Source: a virus (lineage: Duplodnaviria > Caudoviricetes). From it: a stretch of DNA of 62,329 nt. The position numbers were made by a program, and so were the translations under genes. The notes under the pieces are model-generated. The model was not told the origin of the DNA and searched no databases. It saw only the letters and a program-made list of their open reading frames with translations. Where the stretch lies: the IMG/VR virus record IMGVR_UViG_3300035670_000210, positions 1 to 62,329 of that record. One strand, 5' to 3'. Below are positions 44,173-53,520 of this stretch, one piece after another (positions within the stretch are counted from its first letter, which is position 1; each line of letters starts with the position of its first letter).

Positions 44173-44918
44173 GAGCCGTAACCCGCAGCGTACACGTCGG
44201 CCAGCGTCACAGTGTCAGCACCAAGCAGCCCTTGCAGGCCGATGCCGAAGACGTTGGCTGCGGTGATGTTCATGATGTCAGACGTGGGCGAGTAAGTCAC
44301 AGTCGCGCCGTAGAGGCTCGTGCCGCTGTTGGCCGCGTAGGCATCCACCGTCCCGGTCATGGTCGCATTGCGCGAGGCAGCCAAGAAAGCGCCAGCGTCG
44401 CGGGCGTAGGACTGCACAGCGCCGAGAGCGTTGTTGTAGTTGTTCACATCGGCGGCGCTGATGGTCATGTCATTGTTGGTTAGGACAGCCTGCACGGCCA
44501 TCTGTTCCTGCACCGTGTCGGCGTTGGCGGCCATATTGGCGACGGCCTGCACCTCCATCAAAACCGCAGTTGCGGCAACGAGTTGATCGACAGCCGTATC
44601 GAGATTTGCCATTGCTGCGGTGTGTTGATCCTGAAACAAAATCTCGGCGTTGTAGTACGTCGCGTCGATCACCCCCTGAATGTCTGAGTTGTAATCAAGA
44701 CGCATCTGCTCGGTAACGGCGGCGTCCTGCATGACGCCGGGTTCAAGGATGTCGCCGTTGCTGGCGCTGTAGGTCGCACCAGCCGTCAGGCTCTGAGCCG
44801 CGTTCAGTTGGTTAAGGATTGTCTGGGCCGACCCCTGTAGGTCCGTCATCGTCGGATCGGCGTGAGCGGCGGAAACGCTCAGACAGAGTAGGGCCGCTGC
44901 TTGTTTCAGGTATGACAT
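44169..44918 (-). CDS. Secreted helical protein
   Basis: Signal peptide MSYLKQAAALLCLSVSAAHA. Confidence 0.72.
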   Translation of the reverse strand: MSYLKQAAALLCLSVSAAHADPTMTDLQGSAQTILNQLNAAQSLTAGATYSASNGDILEPGVMQDAAVTEQMRLDYNSDIQGVIDATYYNAEILFQDQHTAAMANLDTAVDQLVAATAVLMEVQAVANMAANADTVQEQMAVQAVLTNNDMTISAADVNNYNNALGAVQSYARDAGAFLAASRNATMTGTVDAYAANSGTSLYGATVTYSPTSDIMNITAANVFGIGLQGLLGADTVTLADVYAAGYGS

Positions 44919-45525
44919 CGGGCAGTTCCTCTCCAATGCGAAGGAAGGTGTCCCAGAAGGACCGATCTTGGGCGTATCCTACCACATAGGTATGCGGGTT
45001 GTCACGCATAGCCAGATAGCCCTCGCGGCCCACCAGCAGCTTGCCCGTCTCAATCGAATAGATCGGGCAGGGTGTGCTGGCCAGCGCCATAGCTTTGTAG
45101 ACGTTGGCGTTGTCGCACATGACGGAAATGCCGCTGACCTGTAGGCCCAGCCCGCCAGCTTCCTGCGGGGTGCCGAGCAGCCTTGCGTCCTTGCGGCGGT
45201 TGCACTCAGGGTCTTGCTCCATGCTGCCCTCGGCGCGGCCAAAGATGCTGATTTGGAAAGCCTGCTGCTTCGGGATCAGGCAACTATCATTGCCGCCGCC
45301 GCCCATGACTGTCGGTGCTGCGGCTGTCGGCACGGGCGTAGAGAACGGAGATGAGCCAGCGCCGTTGTAGTTCCGCGTCTCACTGGTCGAGACGTTGTTG
45401 CTGTCGATGGTGGAGTTGGTGTTGCCGGAGTTGGTGTTCAGGTCGCCCGTGACTTGGGCGCTGGCTGCTGTCGTCAGTAGACAGAGCAGAGCGCACCCAT
45501 AACGTCCCGCGTATCGCCAGAGCAT
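44812..45525 (-). CDS. Secreted Cys-containing protein
   Basis: Signal peptide ending ASA-Q; DSC..ECNR..VMC..TPCP; start uncertain. Confidence 0.7.
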   Translation of the reverse strand: MLWRYAGRYGCALLCLLTTAASAQVTGDLNTNSGNTNSTIDSNNVSTSETRNYNGAGSSPFSTPVPTAAAPTVMGGGGNDSCLIPKQQAFQISIFGRAEGSMEQDPECNRRKDARLLGTPQEAGGLGLQVSGISVMCDNANVYKAMALASTPCPIYSIETGKLLVGREGYLAMRDNPHTYVVGYAQDRSFWDTFLRIGEELPDVIPETSSGPTLSERFRRSRRSDDDGPTGVGPDNP

Positions 45526-45689
45526 AGCAGCTCGTTGGCCGCATCGCCGTGCGCCATGTAGTAAAGCGTCTCTGCGTTCTGGCGGATTTCGCACTGGCGG
45601 TCACCTTTCGGGCAGGCCGTCGTGTAGGCCACGGACGATACAGTAACAGGGCCGCAGCCAGCGACCAAGAGGACGAGTGCTAGTCTCAT
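45474..45689 (-). CDS. Lipoprotein
   Basis: Lipobox MRLALVLLVAG-C. Confidence 0.7.
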   Translation of the reverse strand: MRLALVLLVAGCGPVTVSSVAYTTACPKGDRQCEIRQNAETLYYMAHGDAANELLCSGDTRDVMGALCSVY

Positions 45690-45928
45690 CGGCTAAGGCT
45701 CCGCATCAGTTCGTCGATCTTCTTGTCGAGGTTGTCCAGCCGAGAGATGACCCGATTCATGTCGGTGTGCATGTCGGCCCGCGTGACGTAGTCACGGGCT
45801 ACTTCCTCGCGTGTGCGGTTCAGCAGGATTTGCAGCCGCTTGACCTCTTCGACGTGGTTTTTCAGCACCCAGCCGATCAGGCCGAGTGCTGCGCTAAGAC
45901 CGAGGCTCCAGAGCATTTCGGTGGTCAT
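45686..45928 (-). CDS. Single-TM coiled-coil protein
   Basis: N-terminal TM; TREEVARDYV..RLDNLDKKID. Confidence 0.75.
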   Translation of the reverse strand: MTTEMLWSLGLSAALGLIGWVLKNHVEEVKRLQILLNRTREEVARDYVTRADMHTDMNRVISRLDNLDKKIDELMRSLSR

Positions 45929-45929
45929 T

Positions 45930-46232
45930 TTACCACGGCGTCCCGGTCAGGGTGACAGGTGCCTTCTGGGCTTCGATCTGCTGCAACAGGCTGGCCTCTG
46001 CGGCGGCTTTGTCCACGGAACCCCAGACCCATGCCAGCACGTCGGCTTCGGTAAGGGTGTCGTAGGGCTTGAAGCCCGCTGCGGTGGCGTCAGGAGTGAA
46101 GCCTGCGGAGCTGTATGCGGAGGCGCTGTAGTCCCCGTCAACGGCAGAGACAGTCCAGTGGGCGGTCGTCACGCCACCATCAGCGGCATTGCGGTCGAGT
46201 TGGGAAATCTTCCAAGTAATAGTCGCGGTCAT
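45930..46232 (-). CDS. Tail-fibre-associated protein
   Basis: F.PYDTLTEADVLAWV, C-terminal PW; follows the fibre gene. Confidence 0.75.
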   Translation of the reverse strand: MTATITWKISQLDRNAADGGVTTAHWTVSAVDGDYSASAYSSAGFTPDATAAGFKPYDTLTEADVLAWVWGSVDKAAAEASLLQQIEAQKAPVTLTGTPW

Positions 46233-46441
46233 TCTGTTTCTCCTTGTGCCAGCGAGGCGGTGAGCATGTTGACGAAGGCATCACGGCCAACCTGAAGCTG
46301 GTCAAGGTTGAACCGTGTCGAACCGATCTTGCGGTCCAGATCAGCAACGTGATTGATAAGCATCTTCTGCTCGTCCGTCAGTTGGTCTTCGGTGTAGTCT
46401 TTGTCGTTGATCGTGATGACGTTTGGTTTTTTCTCGGCCAT
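46229..46441 (-). CDS. Tail-fibre chaperone-like small protein
   Basis: ITINDKDY..LTDEQ coiled coil; GGAGG RBS. Confidence 0.7.
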   Translation of the reverse strand: MAEKKPNVITINDKDYTEDQLTDEQKMLINHVADLDRKIGSTRFNLDQLQVGRDAFVNMLTASLAQGETE

Positions 46442-46472
46442 CGTGATCCTCCTTTCGGGGTTATGGGTTAAG

Positions 46473-48740
46473 TTAGCAAGCCATCAACACGCACGGGACA
46501 GCGTAGGAGCCGTCAGCGTAGGTGTGAGACACATGGGTTGACGTGACCTTGGCGATGGTCTTGGAGCGCACAATGTCGTCGCCCTGAGGTTTAGCCGTGC
46601 CGTCGCCTGCGGACATCAGGAGATCGCCGCGCTGGACCGTGGTGCCCGCACCAATGCGGATCACCATGTCGCCCGTCATGGCAAGCAGGATGTCGTTGTA
46701 GCCATCGTCGGTGCTGTCCCAAGCCACGAACACCCCAGCCACGTTGGCATCCCCCTCGACTGCGCTGACCTGAACGCAGTTAAGCTGTTCGTTGTCCTCG
46801 TTGTCCCAGTTGGACATCTGGTCAAGGTTCGACATGACCGTGCCTTTGAGAAGTTCAGGACGCGAGTTGTCTGGGAATTGCGCCCAGCGGGAGAGGTGGC
46901 CACCGTTGTAGCTGACGGTCGTGCCGGATACTGAGATGGTGCCTTCCGAAGTCCCGCCCTGCCGGAGATCGACAAGAGTGCCATCGTTTGTCTGGCGCAT
47001 GACGTTAAGGGGCGTATTGCTGGCTCGCAAAAAACTTGCGGCACCATTGGCCGTTATGGAACCACCCGTGTCGGTTGTGCTGGTGGTGCTAAGTTCAGTT
47101 GCCCCTACAAAAAAGTTCCCGCTGCTGTCGATGCGGGCGCGTTCTGCATAGGTCGCAGACCCAGTTCTCTGATGGAAAACAAGATGGTTGTCATAGTTCG
47201 AAGATGTCGAAACGGAAGCAATCGACCAAAAGCCAGTAACACCACCTGCGTTTTGGCTCAGTAGCTTTAAGGCGCTATACGACCCTTCGGTGTCACTAGT
47301 GTTTCCAATTGTTAACGATGCGGCATAATCAGTGTCTGTCGCAGACGAGTAAACACTTGAGTTGGAAAAGGATACCTCAAGAGGAGAGCCGGGAGAATTC
47401 GTCCCAATCCCCACGTTGCCTGATGCGTCGATACGCATACGTTCTGCGGCTGCGGTCACGTCATAGAAGCGGAAGACACCGTTGTTGTTTCCAACGCGCC
47501 ACTCATTGCCTGTCGTGTCTGTGTATTGAATGTCTGGAATGGTGCCAGACAGATGCAGCATTTGAGCAGGCGAACTCGTCCCAATCCCTACGTTGCCCGA
47601 ACTATCCACCCGAAGCCGCTCAACCCCAGCAGTCTCCACCGTTACGGTATCAGCCGCAGGGAAACGAATGGAGGTGTTGGTGTCGCCGGAGTGGACGATC
47701 TTGTCGGGGATAGTGATGTCAGCCGTGAACGTAGCCCCGCCGTCCTTCAGCAGGACGCCGTCAACAGTAACACCGGACGTAGCCGTCTGCTCGTTGATCG
47801 TGTTGGTGATGACTTGGCCTTGGGACGTTATGTTGCCCGTAGCCGTAACGGTGGTGAACGCACCGGTAGAGGGCGTAGCCGAGCCAATAGCCACGTTGTC
47901 CGCGGTGCCGCCATTGATGTCCGCCGTGGTTAGCACCGCGGAGTTGATCGTCATGACGCCGGTGGAGTTCGCAATAGTCGCCGCAGTGGTACCGTCATTG
48001 GCGTTGAGGTTAGTGACCTGCGCCGTGGGTGTGGTGACCGAAGTGGTAACAATAATAGCTGCAGGCAAACCAACAGTCAGCGTCTGACCAGAAGCCGCGG
48101 TTTCGATCTCATTGGCCGTTCCCGCGATCGTAAAAGTCTGACTATCAAGATCAACTGCACCGGTGCCACTACCCCCGGCAAAATCCAAATCTTGCGCGGT
48201 AACTTGGCTGTCCACGTAGGCCTTGATCGACTGCTGTGTAGCCAAAGCTGTCGCGCTGTCAGACGCCATGTTGTCTTCGTCGAGAATCGTGTTGACCTGC
48301 ACACCGGTGCCGACCTTCAGCGTGGTCATGCTGGTGACGGCTTCTACGACGTTTGTACCATCACAGAACACGAACTTAGCCTGCCCGTTCTGCACGGCGA
48401 CGCCAGTACCTGCGGAGGTTCTAATCGTGATGATCTGACCGGTAGAGTTCTTACACAGGTAAATCTTAGGTTGTGTCGGGCAGATGACCGTGCCAGCACC
48501 GGTAAGCGCCGCGCCGCTATCCGTAAACTCAAGCATTGCACAGCGCGATTCCGACGTGAGGCCGTTTGCTGTGGTGAGAGTATGTGAGTTTGTGGTCCAC
48601 GTATTGATGACCGCGCGGCCCGCGATAGCCTCTTCGACCATCGACGTGATGTTTTCGTTTACGACGTCACCCCATGTGCCGCTGAGTTCGCCCTGTGTCG
48701 GCAACGCCAACTTAAGGATCGTTGTATATTGCGTAGCCAT
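46473..48740 (-). CDS. Tail fibre/spike protein
   Basis: N-terminal GELSGTWG; repeated ERxRIDxSGNVGIGT units; C-terminal chaperone-like domain. Confidence 0.88.
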   Translation of the reverse strand: MATQYTTILKLALPTQGELSGTWGDVVNENITSMVEEAIAGRAVINTWTTNSHTLTTANGLTSESRCAMLEFTDSGAALTGAGTVICPTQPKIYLCKNSTGQIITIRTSAGTGVAVQNGQAKFVFCDGTNVVEAVTSMTTLKVGTGVQVNTILDEDNMASDSATALATQQSIKAYVDSQVTAQDLDFAGGSGTGAVDLDSQTFTIAGTANEIETAASGQTLTVGLPAAIIVTTSVTTPTAQVTNLNANDGTTAATIANSTGVMTINSAVLTTADINGGTADNVAIGSATPSTGAFTTVTATGNITSQGQVITNTINEQTATSGVTVDGVLLKDGGATFTADITIPDKIVHSGDTNTSIRFPAADTVTVETAGVERLRVDSSGNVGIGTSSPAQMLHLSGTIPDIQYTDTTGNEWRVGNNNGVFRFYDVTAAAERMRIDASGNVGIGTNSPGSPLEVSFSNSSVYSSATDTDYAASLTIGNTSDTEGSYSALKLLSQNAGGVTGFWSIASVSTSSNYDNHLVFHQRTGSATYAERARIDSSGNFFVGATELSTTSTTDTGGSITANGAASFLRASNTPLNVMRQTNDGTLVDLRQGGTSEGTISVSGTTVSYNGGHLSRWAQFPDNSRPELLKGTVMSNLDQMSNWDNEDNEQLNCVQVSAVEGDANVAGVFVAWDSTDDGYNDILLAMTGDMVIRIGAGTTVQRGDLLMSAGDGTAKPQGDDIVRSKTIAKVTSTHVSHTYADGSYAVPCVLMAC

Positions 48741-48748
48741 CTAGCACC

Positions 48749-49711
48749 TCATGCCGCTATATCTGCCCAGTCGGGCGACTGTGTTTCAGGTACGCTATTC
48801 CAGTTTGGAGCTTGCGCATCGATGATGCCGTTCCAGTTCGGAGATTGCGCACTAGGCGAAGCCCCCCATCCGGGGTTTTGAGTGTCGTGTATATCCTGCC
48901 AATCCGGGTTCTGGTTGTCGTCAACCTGCCCCCAAACTAACGGAACTCCGGCTGTGCCGGTTGCTACGATGCCTACAGCGTAGACGGTCGCGTTTGCCTT
49001 GGGTGTGACTGTACCAAGAACCGCGGTGCCAGACAATCCTATAACTTGTACTGTCGCGCCGAGAGAGAAAGCAACTGTGCCCAATGCAGTCGTAGCAGCG
49101 AGTCCGCTTGGAGATACATTCGCGTCAGAGCTTGTAGCGACTACGCCGAGTTGCGTGGTGCCTTGGACTCCGGCAGGGGAGACATTGGCGGTGCCGGTAA
49201 CAACAACGCTCCCGACCCCGCCAGTAGCGGCAATTCCGCTTGGATAGGCATTTGCGTCCGCGCTTGTTGTAACCACTCCAAGTTGCGCTGTACCTTGCAC
49301 ACCGGTTGGGTATACGTTGGCTTCCGCAACAACCGCAACAGTGCCAACTGCGCCGGTGGCCTCTAACCCACTCGGGTAGATATTTGCGCCCGCGGTGGCG
49401 ATTACAGAACCAAGTTCTGCGCTGCCTTCTACACTAGTTACCGCTACGTTTGCTGCGGCAGATATCGCTACGATACCCACAGCGCCTGTGGCTTCGACCC
49501 CTGTCGGGGATACATTAGCCTCGGCTATGACACTAACTGTGCCGACCCCACCCGTAGCGGATAGCCCGCTCGGGAAGACATTGGCGTTTGCAACAACGGT
49601 TACTGTACCAACAGCACCCGTTGCGAACGGCATTTGTACGTCGCCACCCCACGCTGTATCGCCCCAACCACCGGACGACCAGCCTCTATAGGTGACAAGC
49701 ACACTCGCCAT
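48749..49711 (-). CDS. Repetitive Val/Gly/Ala-rich tail protein
   Basis: About 26-aa repeats ANVxPxGxxATGxVGxV; C-terminal QxPxW repeats. Confidence 0.8.
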   Translation of the reverse strand: MASVLVTYRGWSSGGWGDTAWGGDVQMPFATGAVGTVTVVANANVFPSGLSATGGVGTVSVIAEANVSPTGVEATGAVGIVAISAAANVAVTSVEGSAELGSVIATAGANIYPSGLEATGAVGTVAVVAEANVYPTGVQGTAQLGVVTTSADANAYPSGIAATGGVGSVVVTGTANVSPAGVQGTTQLGVVATSSDANVSPSGLAATTALGTVAFSLGATVQVIGLSGTAVLGTVTPKANATVYAVGIVATGTAGVPLVWGQVDDNQNPDWQDIHDTQNPGWGASPSAQSPNWNGIIDAQAPNWNSVPETQSPDWADIAA

Positions 49712-49720
49712 TTATGCCAC

Positions 49721-50152
49721 CTAGGCGATGCGCAGGATAGCGTTCGAGGCGTCTGCTGTCGGGAACTGGATGGTGAAATCACCTGCGGTCGAGGTCTTAT
49801 CCGAACCAAAGTCCAGAACCGCCACCGCGGGGTCTCCCCCACCACTCTTGTAGATTAACGCACCCCGTGCGGTGATCGTAGCCGCAGCCCAAGTCGTGTC
49901 TGCGAAATCAAGGAACGCTGTGGTACCCGACGTCGTCGGGTTTGTAGAGATCGTCAGCGTATTACCGCCAGCGGTGTACCCTGTCCCCGAAGCTTCGTTA
50001 GTTGCACTGTACGCAGTCGTAGCTGCACTAAGCGTAGCGCTCGATGTGTAAAGTGCGATCTTGAATGTTTGTGCCGTATCCGAGCTGAAGTCCATCTCGC
50101 CGTCGAGAAGGGCCTTTTTGAAGGACGTGCACATTGCCTGTGTGATGGCCAT
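49721..50152 (-). CDS. Virion structural (tail) protein
   Basis: MCTSFK..FKIALYT..GYTAGG..VLDFGSDK motif typical of this phage group. Confidence 0.8.
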   Translation of the reverse strand: MAITQAMCTSFKKALLDGEMDFSSDTAQTFKIALYTSSATLSAATTAYSATNEASGTGYTAGGNTLTISTNPTTSGTTAFLDFADTTWAAATITARGALIYKSGGGDPAVAVLDFGSDKTSTAGDFTIQFPTADASNAILRIA

Positions 50153-50162
50153 CGGTGTCTCC

Positions 50163-50792
50163 TTAGCTTACTGGGTTGCGTACCTGACCGGAACGGTAGG
50201 CATCTTGACGCAATTTTCCGTCTCCGAGGTTCTTAAGCAGACCAATAGCAAGCACGTACATTTGGTTGTACGTGTTAACCATATCCTGCTCACCCTTCAT
50301 GAAGCGTATAGCCTCAACGAGTGAACCATTTAGCAATGCTGAGTCAAACTCATCTCCTAGCCACGTCGTACCTGCCGTAACGATGGACTCTGGGTAATAC
50401 CCGTAATGCAGCTCCATTCCATAAGCAGCATCCGGGGTTGGACCAAGAATAAACGAGTTATCGTCAAAGTATGCGTAGTGTTTCGGAAAGCCCGTAGGGG
50501 ACGATCCGGGATACGCCTCGCGGATAAAGTTTACATCCTTATTGAGGAGGTACGTATAGTTCCCGGACCCATCAATGGCGGCAAGGCTGTAGCTGTACAG
50601 AAAGTCTGAGGGGGTAGACAGGTATTTAATCCCCGAAGTCAGGTTACCTGTCACGTTCTTCCGCAGCGCAGGAATCTGCACTGAGTTGTAGATTTTCTGC
50701 TCAGCCTGCTGAACGAACATAGCGAGCTGATCTTCTGTGAAGGAGTTTTCACAGATGTCTTCAATGTTGGCTTTCAGCTCGGTGTAGTTCAT
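50163..50792 (-). CDS. Head-tail adaptor-like protein
   Basis: MNYTEL..AEQKI, PKHYA, LGPTPD; position. Confidence 0.75.
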   Translation of the reverse strand: MNYTELKANIEDICENSFTEDQLAMFVQQAEQKIYNSVQIPALRKNVTGNLTSGIKYLSTPSDFLYSYSLAAIDGSGNYTYLLNKDVNFIREAYPGSSPTGFPKHYAYFDDNSFILGPTPDAAYGMELHYGYYPESIVTAGTTWLGDEFDSALLNGSLVEAIRFMKGEQDMVNTYNQMYVLAIGLLKNLGDGKLRQDAYRSGQVRNPVS

Positions 50793-50795
50793 GTG

Positions 50796-50984
50796 TTAAC
50801 CCATAGGCCCCCGAGCCATGGTGCCTTTAGTAGCAGCACCAGTCCCACGAATTTTTGTGCCCCCAGCTTGTTTGGTAGGCTTTTGCATGCCCCCAGCTTT
50901 CTTAGCGGGTTTCCGCATCTTCTTGGATGCGTTTTCGACCTTGCCACCAGACATCATCTTCTTGGTTCCACAGTTGCTAGGCAT
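50796..50984 (-). CDS. Small basic protein
   Basis: Lys-rich; MMSGGKV, RGTGAATKG; AGGAG RBS. Confidence 0.75.
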   Translation of the reverse strand: MPSNCGTKKMMSGGKVENASKKMRKPAKKAGGMQKPTKQAGGTKIRGTGAATKGTMARGPMG

Positions 50985-50995
50985 GTTCGTATCTC

Positions 50996-51307
50996 CTACG
51001 AAGTTATTACAGTGACCTGCCCAATAAATCCAGTACCTACTACCGGACGCATTGGTAGGATAATCGCGCGACTCTCAGCGTATTCGGCACTGTCTGGCCG
51101 TGGGTTACGCAGAGCTTGTGGGTCATCGACTGGAAACTCTCCCAGACGAAGCTGTGGGTGGTCTGGGTCCCAACAAGTTGGGCAAGACAATACGTTGGTT
51201 TTACGTCCTTTTACGAACGTCGTGTGCAGTTTGCGTAAGGGGTATTGGAACCCACATACGTCGCATATACCGATCGCTTTTTGTCCCGAAGCGAAGCGAT
51301 TAGTCAT
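50996..51307 (-). CDS. Zinc-binding protein
   Basis: CDVCG..CPTCWDPDHPQL..DPQALRNPRPD. Confidence 0.8.
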   Translation of the reverse strand: MTNRFASGQKAIGICDVCGFQYPLRKLHTTFVKGRKTNVLSCPTCWDPDHPQLRLGEFPVDDPQALRNPRPDSAEYAESRAIILPMRPVVGTGFIGQVTVITS

Positions 51308-51987
51308 CTAATCATCCTCACGCTGGGGACAAACCGGGCAGGTGCCTTTTCCCGATCCTCTTCTGCGGCGAGTCGGAACTGATCTTCATACTCCGCTTTT
51401 AGGAGCGGGATACGCTGTGCGAGCTCGGGTGATTTCATAGCGATATGGTACGCCAGCCCCGCGACCAGACATGGAAGGAAGCGAAAGTTCATATCCGCGG
51501 TCTGAACACCAGCACCGGCGTCTTGAACCCGTCGCATGCGCCAGTAAACGAGCGTGTATTCGTTGGAGTCCGGCACAGGCCATACGTTTATCCGCGGAGC
51601 ATCCCGCAGACGCTCAATCCACACTTGGATAGGCCGACCCGTATTTGTTTTGTTAGGGATAGTGGAGTAGGTGCTCACGCTGATACGCGAGAGGTTGATG
51701 TCCTGTTGCGTACTACCTGACCCGGTACGGATAACCTGCTCCAGCAAATCAATGGTGTCCGCAGGGAGCGTGTATTGCCTTACACCCTGCGTAAGAGCCT
51801 GTGTGCCCTCATCAATCGTCCACATATTGATGCCGCGGTTTTGCCACTCGATCGTCATCAAATTCATGGACCGCCGCGCAGTGCGCAGGTCGTAACCAGA
51901 ACGCATCTCCCGGCCCGCACGCTCCCATGCTTCCTCGGCGATCTCCGTGAAGTCCATGTTAAACGCTGTGGTTCCAGAAGTGGTCAC
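51304..51987 (-). CDS. Head-tail connector/tail tubular protein-like
   Basis: TSGT..EEAWERAG..TARRSMNL..WQNRG; GTG start. Confidence 0.75.
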   Translation of the reverse strand: MTTSGTTAFNMDFTEIAEEAWERAGREMRSGYDLRTARRSMNLMTIEWQNRGINMWTIDEGTQALTQGVRQYTLPADTIDLLEQVIRTGSGSTQQDINLSRISVSTYSTIPNKTNTGRPIQVWIERLRDAPRINVWPVPDSNEYTLVYWRMRRVQDAGAGVQTADMNFRFLPCLVAGLAYHIAMKSPELAQRIPLLKAEYEDQFRLAAEEDREKAPARFVPSVRMIR

Positions 51988-52262
51988 TTGCTGCCTCGTT
52001 TTGCTGGCGACACCCGGCGTGGACTACCCGCGGGTTGTCCTAGCCGTTTCTTTTCGGCGATCTTCTTGCTCTTTTCTGACGAGCTCATCTCGCTACTGGT
52101 TTTAGGGGTCTTGCTAGACACGCGTTTACTGGGTCTACAGTAGGGCGTGCCACGACTCTCCCCTTCTTGGCGTCCGCAAGACTTTCCAGTACGCACGTCC
52201 TTCCAGTCCTCTTGGAACCAGCGTTTTAGTGCCGCACCCTTTTCTGTCTTGCGAACAGCCAT
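51984..52262 (-). CDS. Small basic protein (LKRWFQEDWKDV..CGR..CRP)
   Basis: TAATG coupling; DUF5872-like C-terminal half by recall. Confidence 0.75.
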   Translation of the reverse strand: MAVRKTEKGAALKRWFQEDWKDVRTGKSCGRQEGESRGTPYCRPSKRVSSKTPKTSSEMSSSEKSKKIAEKKRLGQPAGSPRRVSPAKRGSK

Positions 52263-52420
52263 TACTTTTTCCCCTTGTTGCCCCAGCTCTTAGCGCCAAC
52301 CTTACGGCATTTAGCGATTGCCCCCGAAGCATAGGCGGACGGGAAGACCTTATAGCGAGATTTTACCTTGCTATAGCAGGCATCCTTCACCGCCCCACCT
52401 TTTTTGTAATGCGCACGCAT
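52262..52420 (-). CDS. 52-aa basic protein (MRAHYKKGGAVKDACYSKVKSRYKVFPSAYASG...)
   Basis: Not in the ORF track; TAATG overlaps at both ends; PSAYASG motif. Confidence 0.8.
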   Translation of the reverse strand: MRAHYKKGGAVKDACYSKVKSRYKVFPSAYASGAIAKCRKVGAKSWGNKGKK

Positions 52421-52980
52421 TACATCATTTTACAGGCTTTGCCGCCACGGGCTTTACCGTAACCGCGGACTTTACCACCGGCCTTCATCTTACCGACCCC
52501 GTCAGCCGCAAAAGAAGGGACTTTCTTACCGTCTTTTTCGACCATCTTAAGCTGGCCACCGGCCTTCATCTTGTGTGCGGAGTCTTTCATCATAGTGCCG
52601 TCAGGCATTTTGTGCATGCCGACTTTACCACCCATTTTCATACCCGATCCCGGGCCGAGAGTGCGCATATCGTATGCGTCCCGTTCAGCAGCGCGGTTGC
52701 TGCGCCCGACTGCGGTGTCCACCGACATGTCCGTCTCCATGTCCGCTTCCATGTCTTCCGGGCGACGACGTGCGCGGATAGAGCGCTTCGGTGCAGAGGC
52801 GCTGCCCATCATGTCTTTCGGACGCATGCGGGGACGGATTGACGTGGTCGGGCCACCCTCTTGGTATTTCTTCATCATTTCTTCTCCTACGTTTTGAGGG
52901 ACCCCCACCTTCTTGGCGAATTTGGGGTTGTTTGCGACAGCTGCCATAAAGCGGCGTTGTTTTTCCGACTTCGGTGGCAT
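52420..52980 (-). CDS. Basic Met/Lys-rich protein with repeated MKxGG motifs
   Basis: TGATG coupling; SEKQRRFMAAVANNP N-terminus. Confidence 0.8.
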   Translation of the reverse strand: MPPKSEKQRRFMAAVANNPKFAKKVGVPQNVGEEMMKKYQEGGPTTSIRPRMRPKDMMGSASAPKRSIRARRRPEDMEADMETDMSVDTAVGRSNRAAERDAYDMRTLGPGSGMKMGGKVGMHKMPDGTMMKDSAHKMKAGGQLKMVEKDGKKVPSFAADGVGKMKAGGKVRGYGKARGGKACKMM

Positions 52981-53240
52981 CAGCAATTCCACGCCCGAAG
53001 GCTCTTATTGATCCGGGAATTGGGGTCATTGGCAGTCTTCGACGAGGTATTCTTCGCCTTCATCCCTTTCATACGGGCGCAAAAAGATGCCCTACGACCT
53101 TTGTCTTCCTTAGACTTCGGATTTGGCGCAGGGGGTTTTAGGTTCATCCCTTGCTTTTTGGCGGACGCGCGCCCTTTGGCGTTCAATCCGCCTTCGGGGT
53201 TTTTGCCTTCTTTGCGCTGCCATGCAGGGGATTTTGCCAT
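52980..53240 (-). CDS. Small basic protein (DUF6321-like)
   Basis: GGLNAKGRAS..RRASFCARM..LRAWNC. Confidence 0.8.
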   Translation of the reverse strand: MAKSPAWQRKEGKNPEGGLNAKGRASAKKQGMNLKPPAPNPKSKEDKGRRASFCARMKGMKAKNTSSKTANDPNSRINKSLRAWNC

Positions 53241-53244
53241 GATA

Positions 53245-53520
53245 TCACCCGTAGAAAAACGTAACCGACGATACGTTGGTCAGGTCCAAGTAGACATCCG
53301 TCTCAAATAGGATGCCCTCGCCCGGAATAACGATATCGTACGCGTCGGCCAAGGCGGGGGTTGCTACATCGAGCTTAGTCACACCCGACGAACCACCATC
53401 TTTCAACACGATACTGCCTGCAGTGGCAGTCGCTAGATAGGTGACGTGCCGGATGCGCTGCCGCCCAGCATAGACCGTACCATCAGCGGTAAGCGTCACA
53501 CTGCGGACATCTGTGGTCAT
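53245..53520 (-). CDS. Hypothetical virion protein
   Basis: IPGEGILF..VTFFYG C-terminus typical of this group. Confidence 0.75.
   Translation of the reverse strand: MTTDVRSVTLTADGTVYAGRQRIRHVTYLATATAGSIVLKDGGSSGVTKLDVATPALADAYDIVIPGEGILFETDVYLDLTNVSSVTFFYG

Noticed and set aside
46473-48740. Diversity-generating retroelement acting on the tail fibre
   Set aside because: No reverse transcriptase or template/variable repeat pair is seen. The internal repeats are normal fibre units.
13007-52240. Half-sites GTTAGTG/CACTAAC at about 13008, 22559, 24492 and 49531, and a partial match at about 52226
   Set aside because: Single 7-mers are expected several times by chance in 62 kb.
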